DNA from: Candidatus Poribacteria bacterium
GTDB taxonomy: Bacteria > Poribacteria > WGA-4E > PCPOR2b
Direction of reading: 5' to 3'
Assembly: GCA_965208325.1 (NCBI GenBank)
Contig: OZ242326.1
Coordinates: 160,001 to 224,000 of the forward strand
DNA: 64,000 nt
The notes beneath the pieces are model-generated. The model had not been told where the DNA came from. It saw only the letters and a list, made by a program, of their open reading frames with translations, and searched no databases. Positions 10,383-20,272 of this stretch are shown one piece after another. The position numbers were made by a program, and so were the translations under genes. How positions within the stretch are numbered: position 1 is the stretch's first letter; each line of letters opens with the position of its first letter.

Positions 10383-10411
10383 AGAGTATCACAAATATAC
10401 TTGAAAGTCAA
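10383..10411 (-). promoter_or_regulatory. sigma70 promoter for obgE-proB-proA
   Basis: TTGACT-N17-TACTCT with extended TG on the minus strand. Confidence 0.55.
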
Positions 10412-10481
10412 GCCGTTGCCATCTTCCCAATCGGCACAGCAAGGCGAGTTGTTTAACACAAATAGCGCGTTACCATTTTGC

Positions 10482-10510
10482 TTGAAACTTGCCGCCTGCT
10501 TTGCTATGCT
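10482..10510 (+). promoter_or_regulatory. sigma70 promoter for VOC-SDR
   Basis: TTGAAA-N17-TATGCT with extended TG. Confidence 0.5.
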
Positions 10511-10557
10511 ATCTCACCATCGGCACAGGAACATAGCGTCTAGGCTGGAGGTGTCAC

Positions 10558-11037
10558 ATGATCGGCTCGGTAAACATCCTTGATCACGTCTCAGTAACTG
10601 TAAGCGATATGAATCGGTCACTCGCGTTCTACCGAGATCTACTCGGACTCGAAGAAGTCGAGCGGCATCGGCTCGAAGGCGAAACCATCTCCGAGATGGC
10701 TGGCAAACCGGATGTGGTTATGCAGGTCGTACGGTTGCAAGCGCCCGAAACCCCTGGGGTTTTGCTTGACCTGCAGCAATACATCACTCCGCAAGGCGAT
10801 ATATCTGACGCGCAGTTGGGTGACGTTGCTCACTCGCATTTTTGTTTCGGTGTGCCGGACTTGTTCGGAACCTACACCACGCTAAAAGCCAAAGGTGTCG
10901 AGTTCGTCTCGGAACCGGTTAATTTCGATCTCGAATGGGGTGTCGTGCACGTGGTGTTCTTCAAGGATCCGGACGGATTTGTTCTCGAACTGATGGAGTA
11001 TCCAATCAAAAGAAAAGCATCGGCCGATCAGCCGTAG
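10558..11037 (+). CDS. VOC/glyoxalase family protein
   Basis: LDHVSVTVSD, FYRDLLG, HFCF and FFKDPDGFVLEL motifs. Confidence 0.85.
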   Translation: MIGSVNILDHVSVTVSDMNRSLAFYRDLLGLEEVERHRLEGETISEMAGKPDVVMQVVRLQAPETPGVLLDLQQYITPQGDISDAQLGDVAHSHFCFGVPDLFGTYTTLKAKGVEFVSEPVNFDLEWGVVHVVFFKDPDGFVLELMEYPIKRKASADQP

Positions 11038-11051
11038 AGCGGAGATAACTC

Positions 11052-11849
11052 ATGCCCAAGTACGATTTAGATGGACAAGTAGCGGTTGTGACAGGTGCCG
11101 GACGTGGGATTGGCCGCGCCATTGCACTGCGCTTCGCCAAAGAAAGCGTGCGTGTGTCTGCCGCCGATATCAACCATCAAAACGCACAAGGTGTCGTCCA
11201 AGAAATCGAGGCGATGGGCGGCCAGGCAATTCCGCTCAAAGTGGATGTGACTTGCAAAGACGACACTGAACAGATGGTTCACCGGACTGTTGAACGATTC
11301 GGGCGGTTAGACATCTTGGTCAACAACGCCGGAATCGGCGTCATCGCCCCGCTATTGGACACCGATGAGGACGCCTGGGATGCGCTCATGAACGTCAATG
11401 CTAAGAGCGTTCTCCTCTGCTCGCAAGCCGCGGCGCGGCGCATGATTGGTCAGGGCAGCGGCGGCCGCATCATCAACAACGCCTCCGGCGCAGGCAAAAT
11501 CGCAACCGGCAAAGATATTCCGCTTGGCGCTTACGCCGCCAGCAAGCATGCCGTGGTTGCACTGACCAAGCAGATGGGGTTGGAACTGTCTTCGCACGGG
11601 ATTCTTGTCAATTGCGTGTGTGCCGGCATTGTGGACACGCCGATGTGGGATCTGATCGACCGTGAGGTGGCGGCGTTGCAAGGTGCGCCGCTAGGGTCTG
11701 TAAAGGCAAGCGCCGTCGATCGGATACCTCTTGGACGCATCGAAAAACCGGAGGATGTCGCCAACATGGTCGCTTTCCTCGCCTCCTCCGATGCTAGCTA
11801 CATTACCGCGCAAGCGCTAAACGTATGCGGCGGCATGCTGCCGTATTAA
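11052..11849 (+). CDS. SDR family oxidoreductase
   Basis: TGAGRGIG, NNAG and YAASK motifs. Confidence 0.92.
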   Translation: MPKYDLDGQVAVVTGAGRGIGRAIALRFAKESVRVSAADINHQNAQGVVQEIEAMGGQAIPLKVDVTCKDDTEQMVHRTVERFGRLDILVNNAGIGVIAPLLDTDEDAWDALMNVNAKSVLLCSQAAARRMIGQGSGGRIINNASGAGKIATGKDIPLGAYAASKHAVVALTKQMGLELSSHGILVNCVCAGIVDTPMWDLIDREVAALQGAPLGSVKASAVDRIPLGRIEKPEDVANMVAFLASSDASYITAQALNVCGGMLPY

Positions 11850-12087
11850 ACCGTTTCCCCGCCGCTCTGCAACGCCTTGCTTACACCCTCATCATCCACA
11901 CTTAAGTTCATGTCGCCCAACAGACAAGTTCTGAGTTTCTTCCTTAATTGTCGTGGATATGGTTAAGAAACATCATCCAACGCCATTTTTTCATCGCCGT
12001 GCTCAGTAGGCAACGGTTGTGTGGTGATTACGGCTCTTTACATACGACAGAAATGCGAGGGGGTTACCGAGTGATTACCCATAAGAG

Positions 12088-13278
12088 CTACCTGTTAGAA
12101 GGCGCAGGCACCCATGTAAGTCGTAAATCCACCCGAAAGTCATCGGGTTTCATTGCTGCATTCCGTTTGAGATCTGAGGCATTCGACCCTGTTTCCACCG
12201 CGAGAATTTCACCATCTGTGAACTGCATGTATAGAACCTCACTTTGATGTGCTCTCTCAATATCCTCACGCATACCATACCAAACTTTTTCAACAGTTTT
12301 CCCTTCCATTCTCGTTGATTCACATATCGAGTAATGCGATTCAATAGTTTTATTTTCATCAATTCTTGGTAAACCAGTCATGATTCGATGCCTTTCTAGT
12401 TCAAAATCGGACAAAAGATTAAATTCTGATTCAATTAGCACGAGTAGCTCTTCATAGGCAGTAATAGCGCCTTCTAAATCACGGTAGAAATACATAAAGG
12501 CATCAGATTTTCTTGCTGGGGGTCTGTCGCCATGACGAGCATTCCCACGCTGTTCGCTGACTTTTGAAAGTAAGGTATGAAGTTTTGAGTGTTTATCGAA
12601 CTCATTGAACACATGCCGTAGCAGCGTTGTCGATCTCATCTCCTGCGCTTGATGGATTGTCTTATTTCGCAGCGATGCGAGCTTCAAGAGACAACCCTTT
12701 GACAGTGAATCAATTAAAAAACCATACAAAATATTGTGAGCATCTTCATAAGCATGGCTATTTTGGGAAATGGGATAACGGACAGATTTGTCGGGTATTG
12801 CCGTATAGAGGGGTTCACACACAAGCGTTTTACAACAGGCATTGATTTTTTCGATAATCCGAGCGAGCCGTCTTCTAGGCCCGGTTTCCACATCAAAACT
12901 ACCCTTAAGGTATCTATCGTACCACATCTCAAATCGTTGATCTTCTGGCGATAAGAGAGGCTTTTGAACACGGAATGGGAACCACTTTTCCTGCTCTATC
13001 TCCGGCGCTTTCATGAGATCTGGGAGGTAAACGGCAATGCATAACGTACCGTCTTGTTTGCTGTGATAGCCAAAACGAATATTTATGCATTCGTCTTCTT
13101 TTCCGTGCGACTCAAGCTCATTAAAATATGTACCCGTTGTCATGAGTTCCCCCTCGAAAAAGTCCGCATCTATCTCATACTTGTGGGGATTGTTTTCGTA
13201 GAGAAACAATACTTCTGCTTCAAAGAAACCAATGATTCCATCTAGCTCAGAATAATCTAGCATGATGCTTTCCTTCAC
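12088..13278 (-). CDS. Hypothetical protein with Rx4H (HEPN-like) motif
   Basis: 396-aa AT-rich ORF; RGNARH in a helical region; probable start ATG 13263. Confidence 0.55.
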   Translation of the reverse strand: MKESIMLDYSELDGIIGFFEAEVLFLYENNPHKYEIDADFFEGELMTTGTYFNELESHGKEDECINIRFGYHSKQDGTLCIAVYLPDLMKAPEIEQEKWFPFRVQKPLLSPEDQRFEMWYDRYLKGSFDVETGPRRRLARIIEKINACCKTLVCEPLYTAIPDKSVRYPISQNSHAYEDAHNILYGFLIDSLSKGCLLKLASLRNKTIHQAQEMRSTTLLRHVFNEFDKHSKLHTLLSKVSEQRGNARHGDRPPARKSDAFMYFYRDLEGAITAYEELLVLIESEFNLLSDFELERHRIMTGLPRIDENKTIESHYSICESTRMEGKTVEKVWYGMREDIERAHQSEVLYMQFTDGEILAVETGSNASDLKRNAAMKPDDFRVDLRLTWVPAPSNR

Positions 13279-13285
13279 AATTCAC

Positions 13286-13369
13286 CAAGAACTTCAGGTG
13301 CAGCGGAGGCTTATTGAACCCCATCGCGGCAACGTACTCATTATCGTCCGCATGCACCTACTGTCTGAA
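13286..13369 (-). other. attC-like imperfect palindrome
   Basis: Minus strand agac-agt-AGGTGCAtGCGGA...TCCGCTGCACCT-gaa-GTT with one extrahelical base. Confidence 0.35.
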
Positions 13370-13385
13370 TCACCGAATCCGCTAG

Positions 13386-15287
13386 CTAGTAGAGTTCTCG
13401 AAGCGTTGACTCAATGGTGGTTTTTAGATTTGCATCGCCAGCAAATTCCGCGTGTTTCAATGCAGCTTGGAAGTCCGCCTTAGCTGCCCAAGTTTGACTT
13501 AGATTGTATTTCGCACACCCTCGATTGTAGTAGGCTAGGGCATAATCCGGTTGAAATCTGATGGCGGCGTCGTAATCTGATATCGCGTCAGTGTGTTGTC
13601 CTAGGTTAGCCTTCGCGAACCCTCGATCCGTGTATGCGGCGGCAAAATCCGGTTGGAGTCCGATAGCGGCATCAAAGTCCAATTTAGCAGCAACATGTTG
13701 TCCCAAGTCAGCCCTCTCTAACCCTCGATTGTAGTAGGCTATGGCATCATCTGGTTGGAGTCTGATAGCGGCATCATAGTCAGATATAGCGTCATTGTGT
13801 TGTCCTAAGTCAGCCTTCGCGCAGCCTCGATTGAAGTAAGCTAAGGCAAAATCCGGTTGGAGTCTGATAGCGGTATCATAGTCGGATATAGCGTCATTGT
13901 GTTGTCCTAAGTTAGCCTTCACGACCCCTCGATCGGTGTATGCAGCCGCATAGTCCGGTTCGAGCTTGATAGCAGTATCATAGTCGGATATAGCGCCAAT
14001 GTATTGCCCTAAGTAAGACTTCTGTAACCCTCGAACATAGTAAGCTAAGGCAAAATTCGGTTGGAGTTTGATAGCGACGTTAAGATCCTTGATAGCAGCG
14101 TCACGTTCTCCAAAGTTTGCCTTCGCCAAACCCCGATTATGGTAGAACGTAGAATAATCAGGTGCGAGTTGGATGGCAGCGTCGTGGTCTTGGATTGCCG
14201 CGATTTTGTGCCCTAGTGTAGCCTTCGTTCCCCCCCGCTCGCTGTAGGCTAGGGCAAAATCAGGTTTGAGCCGAATCGCCGTGTCACAATCTGCGAGAGC
14301 AGCGTCATATTTCGCCAAGTCATTGTTTGCAAAGCTGCGCCAGAAGTAAGCAAAGGGATTATCTGGATTCAATCGGATAGCCTTGTCATAATCTGCAATC
14401 TCGTTAGCGTATTGTTTTGGATTTGCTTTTCTACTTCGAATATGTTTCTGGCTTCGTATACGACTCTTGAGTGCTCTAGCGGTATAACAGTCTTGCTTAG
14501 CGGCAGGATGTTGCCCCAATTCATGGTTCGCAAAACCACGCCATATATAGGCAAGAACATGATCTGGGTTCAGTCTGATAGCGGTGTTGTAATTTTCGAT
14601 GGCTGATTGAAATAAACCTAACTCGTATTTAGCATTACCTTCCCTGTAGCTAATGATGACATTGAGATAATTTGAAGGAACAGCAAAATTGAGATTCTGC
14701 CCTCCGGTTACTGTAATCACGGACACGCCAATCACTTCTCCTTTTTCGTTGAATACAGGTTCGCCGCTACTGCCCGACGAAATCGGCGCGGTAAGCTGAA
14801 GTAACTTGCCTGATTGCAATTCACGGATGGCACTAATAAGCCCGTGTGAAAACGTGCCTTCCAAATATCCTTTCGGATTACCGGCAACATAACAGGTATC
14901 GCCGATGACGACAGAATCGCTATCGCCAAGTGCTAACGGTTGAACATCAGCATCCGACACCTGAAGAATCGCAAGATCGTGTATTTCATCAATTTCGTTG
15001 AAACTCGTAATTTTGTACTCAGTTTCATGACCAACGCGCTTTGCTATGCCTCGCTCGGCACCTTCAATAACGTGAAAGTTGGTAGCAATCTGATTCGTTC
15101 TAACGAAGAATCCGCTCCCCACACCAAGAACTTGACCGTTGGCATTTTCCATGACCAGAAGCACCGTTGCATCTAACGCCTTCTGGGCAATCTCTTGAGG
15201 AGTAAGGATACCAGCGGAGGCGATACCGCAGAACAGTAGAAGCGCTAAGGACATGCGGTACAGCAATGGTTTGTTCTTTATGGTCAA
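13386..15287 (-). CDS. Secreted trypsin-like (S1) protease with C-terminal TPR array
   Basis: Signal peptide; TNFHV/DLAIL/GSSG triad; about 11-12 TPRs of 34 aa. Confidence 0.85.
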   Translation of the reverse strand: MTIKNKPLLYRMSLALLLFCGIASAGILTPQEIAQKALDATVLLVMENANGQVLGVGSGFFVRTNQIATNFHVIEGAERGIAKRVGHETEYKITSFNEIDEIHDLAILQVSDADVQPLALGDSDSVVIGDTCYVAGNPKGYLEGTFSHGLISAIRELQSGKLLQLTAPISSGSSGEPVFNEKGEVIGVSVITVTGGQNLNFAVPSNYLNVIISYREGNAKYELGLFQSAIENYNTAIRLNPDHVLAYIWRGFANHELGQHPAAKQDCYTARALKSRIRSQKHIRSRKANPKQYANEIADYDKAIRLNPDNPFAYFWRSFANNDLAKYDAALADCDTAIRLKPDFALAYSERGGTKATLGHKIAAIQDHDAAIQLAPDYSTFYHNRGLAKANFGERDAAIKDLNVAIKLQPNFALAYYVRGLQKSYLGQYIGAISDYDTAIKLEPDYAAAYTDRGVVKANLGQHNDAISDYDTAIRLQPDFALAYFNRGCAKADLGQHNDAISDYDAAIRLQPDDAIAYYNRGLERADLGQHVAAKLDFDAAIGLQPDFAAAYTDRGFAKANLGQHTDAISDYDAAIRFQPDYALAYYNRGCAKYNLSQTWAAKADFQAALKHAEFAGDANLKTTIESTLRELY

Positions 15288-15359
15288 AATATCTCCCCAA
15301 CGGATTTGGTAGCTAGACTGGCAGCACCAGGGTGAAGCGGTGACTACTAAGCTGGAGCG

Positions 15360-16208
15360 TCAAGTTTCTATCTCTCTAATAATTAGGCGGTAGCGTGTTG
15401 TAGACATACCCGCATGTTGGATTTGCAAGTGTCCAAATTCAGGATCGTCACAGCGTAAGCTGACGATTTTTTCTTTCAAATCTTCAGATGAGTAACATCC
15501 AAGGATAACCCCCATTACGCACTTGGGAGGCAACCGGAAGAGAGCAATAGGCGGTGTATCAGGTGAATCGAGCTGTTCGTCCGCATCATTCACGTACTTC
15601 AGATACCGCCATTCCTTTTCATATTCCCAGTGAGATCCCTTAATGAAAAAGAGATCTAGCTCGGACACTTCTTCAATTGTTGTGCGAGGACGATTCGAAC
15701 TATATTGAACACGCGCCGGTTTAGCAAATCCTTGAATCGAATCATCGCCCTTGAAGAAATCGTGCGAACCGTCAAGTATAAGGACAAAACCAGTGTGTTC
15801 CTCTGCATAGTGTGCCCACATGAGAAGATTATCCGGTGTCTCAGAAAGCGATAGGATACCGACAACGTTGCACAGTTCATACGTTCTGTTCCGCGAGTAA
15901 GTGAGAGGGTTCGGCAAATCGGCATCCTTGTGCAATTGTTCAGCGTAATCTGGATCTCCTTCAATTTTGTCAGCGAGCGCTTGTCGGTCCAAGTTGGTTA
16001 GTCCAATACACGAGAATAACTCCCAATAGGCAGGTTCTTGCCTAACGACATCTGCAAAGACGCTTGCAAATCCCTCCTTTGTGGCGGTCGCTTCAATATT
16101 GGGTCGAGCTTCAAAGGGATCATTCATCGCGTTGGGCTGCGTGAATCGGAGTTGGTGTTTCTGAAGAATATCAATTCGATCTGCGCAAACATATTTGTAG
16201 AAAACCAC
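15360..16208 (-). CDS. DUF2971 domain protein
   Basis: NDPFE, LSLSE, LMWAHYA and KxxxWEYEKEWR motifs. Confidence 0.85.
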   Translation of the reverse strand: MVFYKYVCADRIDILQKHQLRFTQPNAMNDPFEARPNIEATATKEGFASVFADVVRQEPAYWELFSCIGLTNLDRQALADKIEGDPDYAEQLHKDADLPNPLTYSRNRTYELCNVVGILSLSETPDNLLMWAHYAEEHTGFVLILDGSHDFFKGDDSIQGFAKPARVQYSSNRPRTTIEEVSELDLFFIKGSHWEYEKEWRYLKYVNDADEQLDSPDTPPIALFRLPPKCVMGVILGCYSSEDLKEKIVSLRCDDPEFGHLQIQHAGMSTTRYRLIIREIET

Positions 16209-16277
16209 AAGCGTTGCACCCCAGTCGTCAACAAATCCATGATGTTTTTTTGGCTTTCAATGTCTCATTAAGTGACA

Positions 16278-17330
16278 TCACTCCACGATCTCGAAGTCAA
16301 GAACTCTAAACTCCACTTTCGTGTGGGGAGAATCAAATCCGAAGCGCGTAGTCAGTTTTTGAACACTCTCATCAACCTTACTAGTTACGCGCTTTGCCAA
16401 CCCAGCAGGTATCCCGCGGCGATACTGCACAACATTCACATCAATTGGATCGCCATGTGTATCATAGAAAATCACGAAACAGTATACATTCCTGACCTTT
16501 TCACGTAATCGATTCCGCAAAGAAAAGGCGTATTCACCACTTTGAAGTGCTGAGTATGTCCAAGTGAGTTTACCACCTGTCACACCCTCTACGCTTCGAC
16601 CGCCGAGATCTGCGAGTATTGAGCGTTTCGATTGAGTCTGTTTCGCCCTCGACAACGGTTTCGTGGCACCTACCTGCACAACAAGCGCCCTGAGATAGTT
16701 TGACGGGATGGCGAAATTAAGATTCTGTCCACGCCGAAAGGTTGCTACCGACACCCCAATCACCTTTCCCCTGCTGTTCAAAACAGGTCCGCCGCTGCTG
16801 CCCGGTGATATTGGAGCCGTGAGTTGAAGTAATTTGTCCGCTCCAACTCTTCGGACGCTGCTGATTATGCCCTGGGAAAACGTGCCTTCTAGACCATGCG
16901 GGTTGCCCACCGCGTAAACTGTCTCTCCCACCTGAACGGCATCGCTGTCACCGAGGGAAATTGATTTCGTGCCCAACGCCGAGACTCTCAATATAACCAA
17001 GTCTCGTTTAGCGTCAATCGCAGTGATGCCTTTGATGTCGTGTTTAGTCTGCTGACCGACGAGTTTAGCATAGCCTCTTGCTGCATCTTCGACGACATGG
17101 AGGTTAGTTGCGATTTGGTTCGGTCGTACGAAGAATCCGCTGCCCAATCCGACCGGCTGACCGTTAGCATCCTCCATAACCAAGAGCACTGTTGAACCGA
17201 AGGCGTTTTGGGCAATTTGTTGGGCAGTCTGCGCATTTGCTGTAGGTAGTAGGGCGAGCAGTGGCATCGCTAACCCCAATATCAGACACAAGACGCGTTT
17301 AAATTGCAGCATTGTATTCTCATGTTTCAT
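16278..17330 (-). CDS. Secreted trypsin-like (S1C-type) protease with C-terminal beta-sandwich
   Basis: TNLHV/DLVIL/SPGSSGGP motifs; signal peptide; paralog of 13386-15287. Confidence 0.85.
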   Translation of the reverse strand: MKHENTMLQFKRVLCLILGLAMPLLALLPTANAQTAQQIAQNAFGSTVLLVMEDANGQPVGLGSGFFVRPNQIATNLHVVEDAARGYAKLVGQQTKHDIKGITAIDAKRDLVILRVSALGTKSISLGDSDAVQVGETVYAVGNPHGLEGTFSQGIISSVRRVGADKLLQLTAPISPGSSGGPVLNSRGKVIGVSVATFRRGQNLNFAIPSNYLRALVVQVGATKPLSRAKQTQSKRSILADLGGRSVEGVTGGKLTWTYSALQSGEYAFSLRNRLREKVRNVYCFVIFYDTHGDPIDVNVVQYRRGIPAGLAKRVTSKVDESVQKLTTRFGFDSPHTKVEFRVLDFEIVE

Positions 17331-17470
17331 GGATGTATCCTCGCACTGTTGAACTTAACTGTGTCAAAGTTGAGTACTGAAAATTTAAAAGTAAGTATTG
17401 AGTCAAGGATGTGACAGATGCTCATTTATTTATTTATACTATTTGTCGAATGTTGACCGAATGAAACTAC

Positions 17471-17550
17471 CCAACCCCCTCTAGCTCCCCCTTGGCAAGG
17501 GGGAGAATGCAATGTGATGTCCTTTAACCGCTGCCTTGCCAAGAGGGAGA
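17471..17550. repeat. CCCCCTT-GGC-AAGGGGG REP-like palindromes
   Basis: ctcccccttggcaagggggag plus a degenerate second copy; related ccctccttaccaaggaggg near 45560-45580. Confidence 0.6.
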
Positions 17551-17590
17551 AACAACACGTGTGCATCTACGCTTAACTACCGCAAAATAC

Positions 17591-17623
17591 AAAAAAAGCC
17601 CCGTTTGACGACGAGGCTTTGAG
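17591..17623 (-). terminator. Rho-independent terminator after rpmA
   Basis: aaagcctcgt-cgtcaa-acggggcttt followed by a U tract on the minus strand. Confidence 0.75.
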
Positions 17624-17651
17624 TTTGGACCTATCCGATTGAAATACGAGG

Positions 17652-17918
17652 TTAGAAATCTGGGCGATCTGGGTAGACGCTGACCTTTCTGCGGTATTTG
17701 TCCTTCCGCTCGAACCAGACGTAGCCGTCAATCTTTGAGAAGAGCGTATAGTCGCTCCCAAGCCCGACGTTCGTGCCCGGATGAAGGTGCGTCCCACGCT
17801 GCCGAACGAGGATGCATCCTGCTGTCACGTGGTTTCCAGCGAATCGCTTCACGCCAAGTCGTTTGCCGCAGCTATCCCGCCCATTACTTGTACTTCCGCC
17901 GCCTTTTTTATGCGCCAT
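17652..17918 (-). CDS. rpmA: 50S ribosomal protein L27
   Basis: [16 protein letters not shown]...RLGVK...RQRGT. Confidence 0.98.
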   Translation of the reverse strand: MAHKKGGGSTSNGRDSCGKRLGVKRFAGNHVTAGCILVRQRGTHLHPGTNVGLGSDYTLFSKIDGYVWFERKDKYRRKVSVYPDRPDF

Positions 17919-18261
17919 TTTCTGCTGCCTCCTCGGGGCTATGTTCTTGTTGAATTTCAGTGATTCGTAATCGAGTCAATCTCTGCCGGTGTCCGAGCTT
18001 ACGTTTGTAGCCTTTTCGTCTCTTTGATTTGAAAACAACAATCTTCTTCGCTTTTCCCTGCTCAACAACCTCTCCAATTACGGCGGCTTTTTCCAGATAA
18101 GGCTCCCCAACCTGCAGATCGCCTTCGCCGTCGCCAATCGCTAATACTTCCGGGAACGTAATAATTTCGCCTACGGGAACTTCAACCTTTTCAACATCAA
18201 TCAGTGTCCCCACTTCAACGCGATGCTGTTTTCCACCGGCGGCAAATACAGCGTACATCAC
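17908..18261 (-). CDS. rplU: 50S ribosomal protein L21
   Basis: MYAVF..GGKQHRV...GHRQ. Confidence 0.97.
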   Translation of the reverse strand: MMYAVFAAGGKQHRVEVGTLIDVEKVEVPVGEIITFPEVLAIGDGEGDLQVGEPYLEKAAVIGEVVEQGKAKKIVVFKSKRRKGYKRKLGHRQRLTRLRITEIQQEHSPEEAAENGA

Positions 18262-18332
18262 TTTCTCCTTTAAAACGAACAGTTATGAATGCGAGCCTAC
18301 ATTATCGGAAATACCGGTAGGCACGATCAAAA

Positions 18333-18362
18333 AGTATACCAAACCACAACTTCTTCTGTCAA
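18333..18362 (-). promoter_or_regulatory. sigma70 promoter for rplU-rpmA
   Basis: TTGACA-N18-TATACT with extended TG. Confidence 0.6.
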
Positions 18363-18365
18363 TAC

Positions 18366-19925
18366 TTAATCTACATAGATTTCACGATTTGTGTCTTGGG
18401 CGAATATCCGATAGTCTTCAAGGTGCATGTCGGGATCTCCCTTAAACCGAATGGTCAGTTTCATTGATTCTTCAAGTTGGCGAACCTTGCCGGCTTTCTC
18501 ATTGAGAAGATGTGACACGATCATCTCGTTCGCCACGATTTCCAACCTTCTTTTTCGTGATTTCTGATGGGCTTTTTTAACGGTTCGGAGTAAGCCGATG
18601 GTAACCGTGTCCACCGAAAACACAGTGCCGTGTCCTTCGCAGTAGGGGCACGGCTCGGTGAGCAGCGTTGGCAGACTTGGTTTGGTTCTCTGCCGGGTCA
18701 TTTCGACGAGGCCGATTTCAGAAAAGTGGAGGATATTCGTTCGGGCGCGGTCCTTTTTCAATGCCTGCTGCAACAGCTTGTACACCATCTTTCGGTGTTC
18801 GGACTGGTCCATATCAATAAAATCGATAACGATAATCCCGCCAATATCTCTCAATCGGATTTGCCGAACCACCTCCTCAACGGCTTCAAGGTTTGCGCTC
18901 AGAATGGTATCATCCGGATCGCCTTTGCCGACGAATTTTCCCGTATTGACATCAACGGAAAACATCGCCTCCGTTTTTTGGATGACGATATGTCCGCCGC
19001 ATTTTAGCCAGATTTTCTCGGTTAATGCCTTCTTGAGCTCTTTTTCAATGCCGTAAGATTCAAAGATAGGGCTGGGTTTGTCGTAGAGTTTGACGCGTGA
19101 TCGAAGTTCCGGTAGTGCGGTGGATAGGTAATTGAGGGTTTCTCGGTATTTTTCTTTGGAATCAATGAAGATTTGGCTGACCTCGTTCGTCAAATAGTCA
19201 CGGATCATTCGAGCGGTAAAACCGAGATCCTGATGCACCAAGTGGGGCGCGGACATTTTTTCGGACCGTTCGCAGATTCCCTTCCATTGATTAATCAAGT
19301 ATCGAATTTCCGTCGCAAGTTCCTCTTCCGAAGCCCCTTCGGCCGCTGTGCGAATAATAAATCCACCTTCAACATCGGAACGCAGCGATTGCGCGATGTC
19401 TTTGAGGCGCTGCCGCTCTTCCGCGGATTCAATCCGCCGTGAAACGCCGATGCTTGATGAAGTGGATAAGTAGACAATGAATCTGCCCGGCAGGGTAACA
19501 CAGGCGGTGACACGCGGCCCTTTTGTTCCAATAGGTTCTTTTACGACTTGGACGAGGATTTCTTGGTTCTTGCGAAGCAGATTGCTTATCGAATAAAAAC
19601 TCCCCCTTCCGCCTCTTGGCGAATCTTTAGCGTTTGCGGCAAGACTCTCCTTCGTCGTATCCTTTTCTATGTCCTCTGCCTCGAAATCGTAATGAATATC
19701 CGAGGCATGGAGGAAGGCATGCCGATCCAATCCGATATCGACGAAGGCAATTTGCATACCGGGGAGTACGTTTTCAACGCGCCCCTTATAGACATTGCCG
19801 AGAGACTGCTCATCATCCTTGCGTTCAATTTCAATCTCGCTAAGAACACGATCTTCTACGATAGCGCATCTGGACTCATATTCATCGTCAGAGATTAAAA
19901 TCTCTTTTTGCATTGTCGCCTCCAT
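18366..19925 (-). CDS. rng: Ribonuclease G (Rne/Rng family)
   Basis: GNVYKGRV S1 domain, DVNTG, IDFIDM, EMTRQR and CPYC motifs. Confidence 0.93.
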   Translation of the reverse strand: MEATMQKEILISDDEYESRCAIVEDRVLSEIEIERKDDEQSLGNVYKGRVENVLPGMQIAFVDIGLDRHAFLHASDIHYDFEAEDIEKDTTKESLAANAKDSPRGGRGSFYSISNLLRKNQEILVQVVKEPIGTKGPRVTACVTLPGRFIVYLSTSSSIGVSRRIESAEERQRLKDIAQSLRSDVEGGFIIRTAAEGASEEELATEIRYLINQWKGICERSEKMSAPHLVHQDLGFTARMIRDYLTNEVSQIFIDSKEKYRETLNYLSTALPELRSRVKLYDKPSPIFESYGIEKELKKALTEKIWLKCGGHIVIQKTEAMFSVDVNTGKFVGKGDPDDTILSANLEAVEEVVRQIRLRDIGGIIVIDFIDMDQSEHRKMVYKLLQQALKKDRARTNILHFSEIGLVEMTRQRTKPSLPTLLTEPCPYCEGHGTVFSVDTVTIGLLRTVKKAHQKSRKRRLEIVANEMIVSHLLNEKAGKVRQLEESMKLTIRFKGDPDMHLEDYRIFAQDTNREIYVD

Positions 19926-20272
19926 TCTTAAGTCGCTAATGCGTTGTCAGTTATCTCTCGCGGCGCTGCCGTGACAACTGCTACTGTGCACGACGGCGCA
20001 AAAGCGGGTGAAGCTACCGGCTTTTATGTTCAATTTGACAATGCACTAGGAGGTTTTAAAGTAACAAAATTATGGAGGCAACGGGCCTAACATCAAGTTT
20101 AGAATTTGTTCAAGAATTATCTTCCTATTAAAGATATATGAACGCACACGTCGGCACTGGTTTTCGATGTGGAGCGGAATCTTCGATTCAGGCACATTCT
20201 TTGCCTTGGATTACCATGCGCGACCATGTGCTGTAAAATTCTCTTCATACAATCATGTCTTTTTATCTTAAG

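Noticed and set aside
13500..14100. DGR template/variable repeat pair in the TPR array
   Set aside because: No reverse transcriptase in the window; repeats are in-frame coding units
16209..16277. attC site between trypsin and DUF2971 genes
   Set aside because: Only a short tgtc/gaca hairpin; no R/L box geometry
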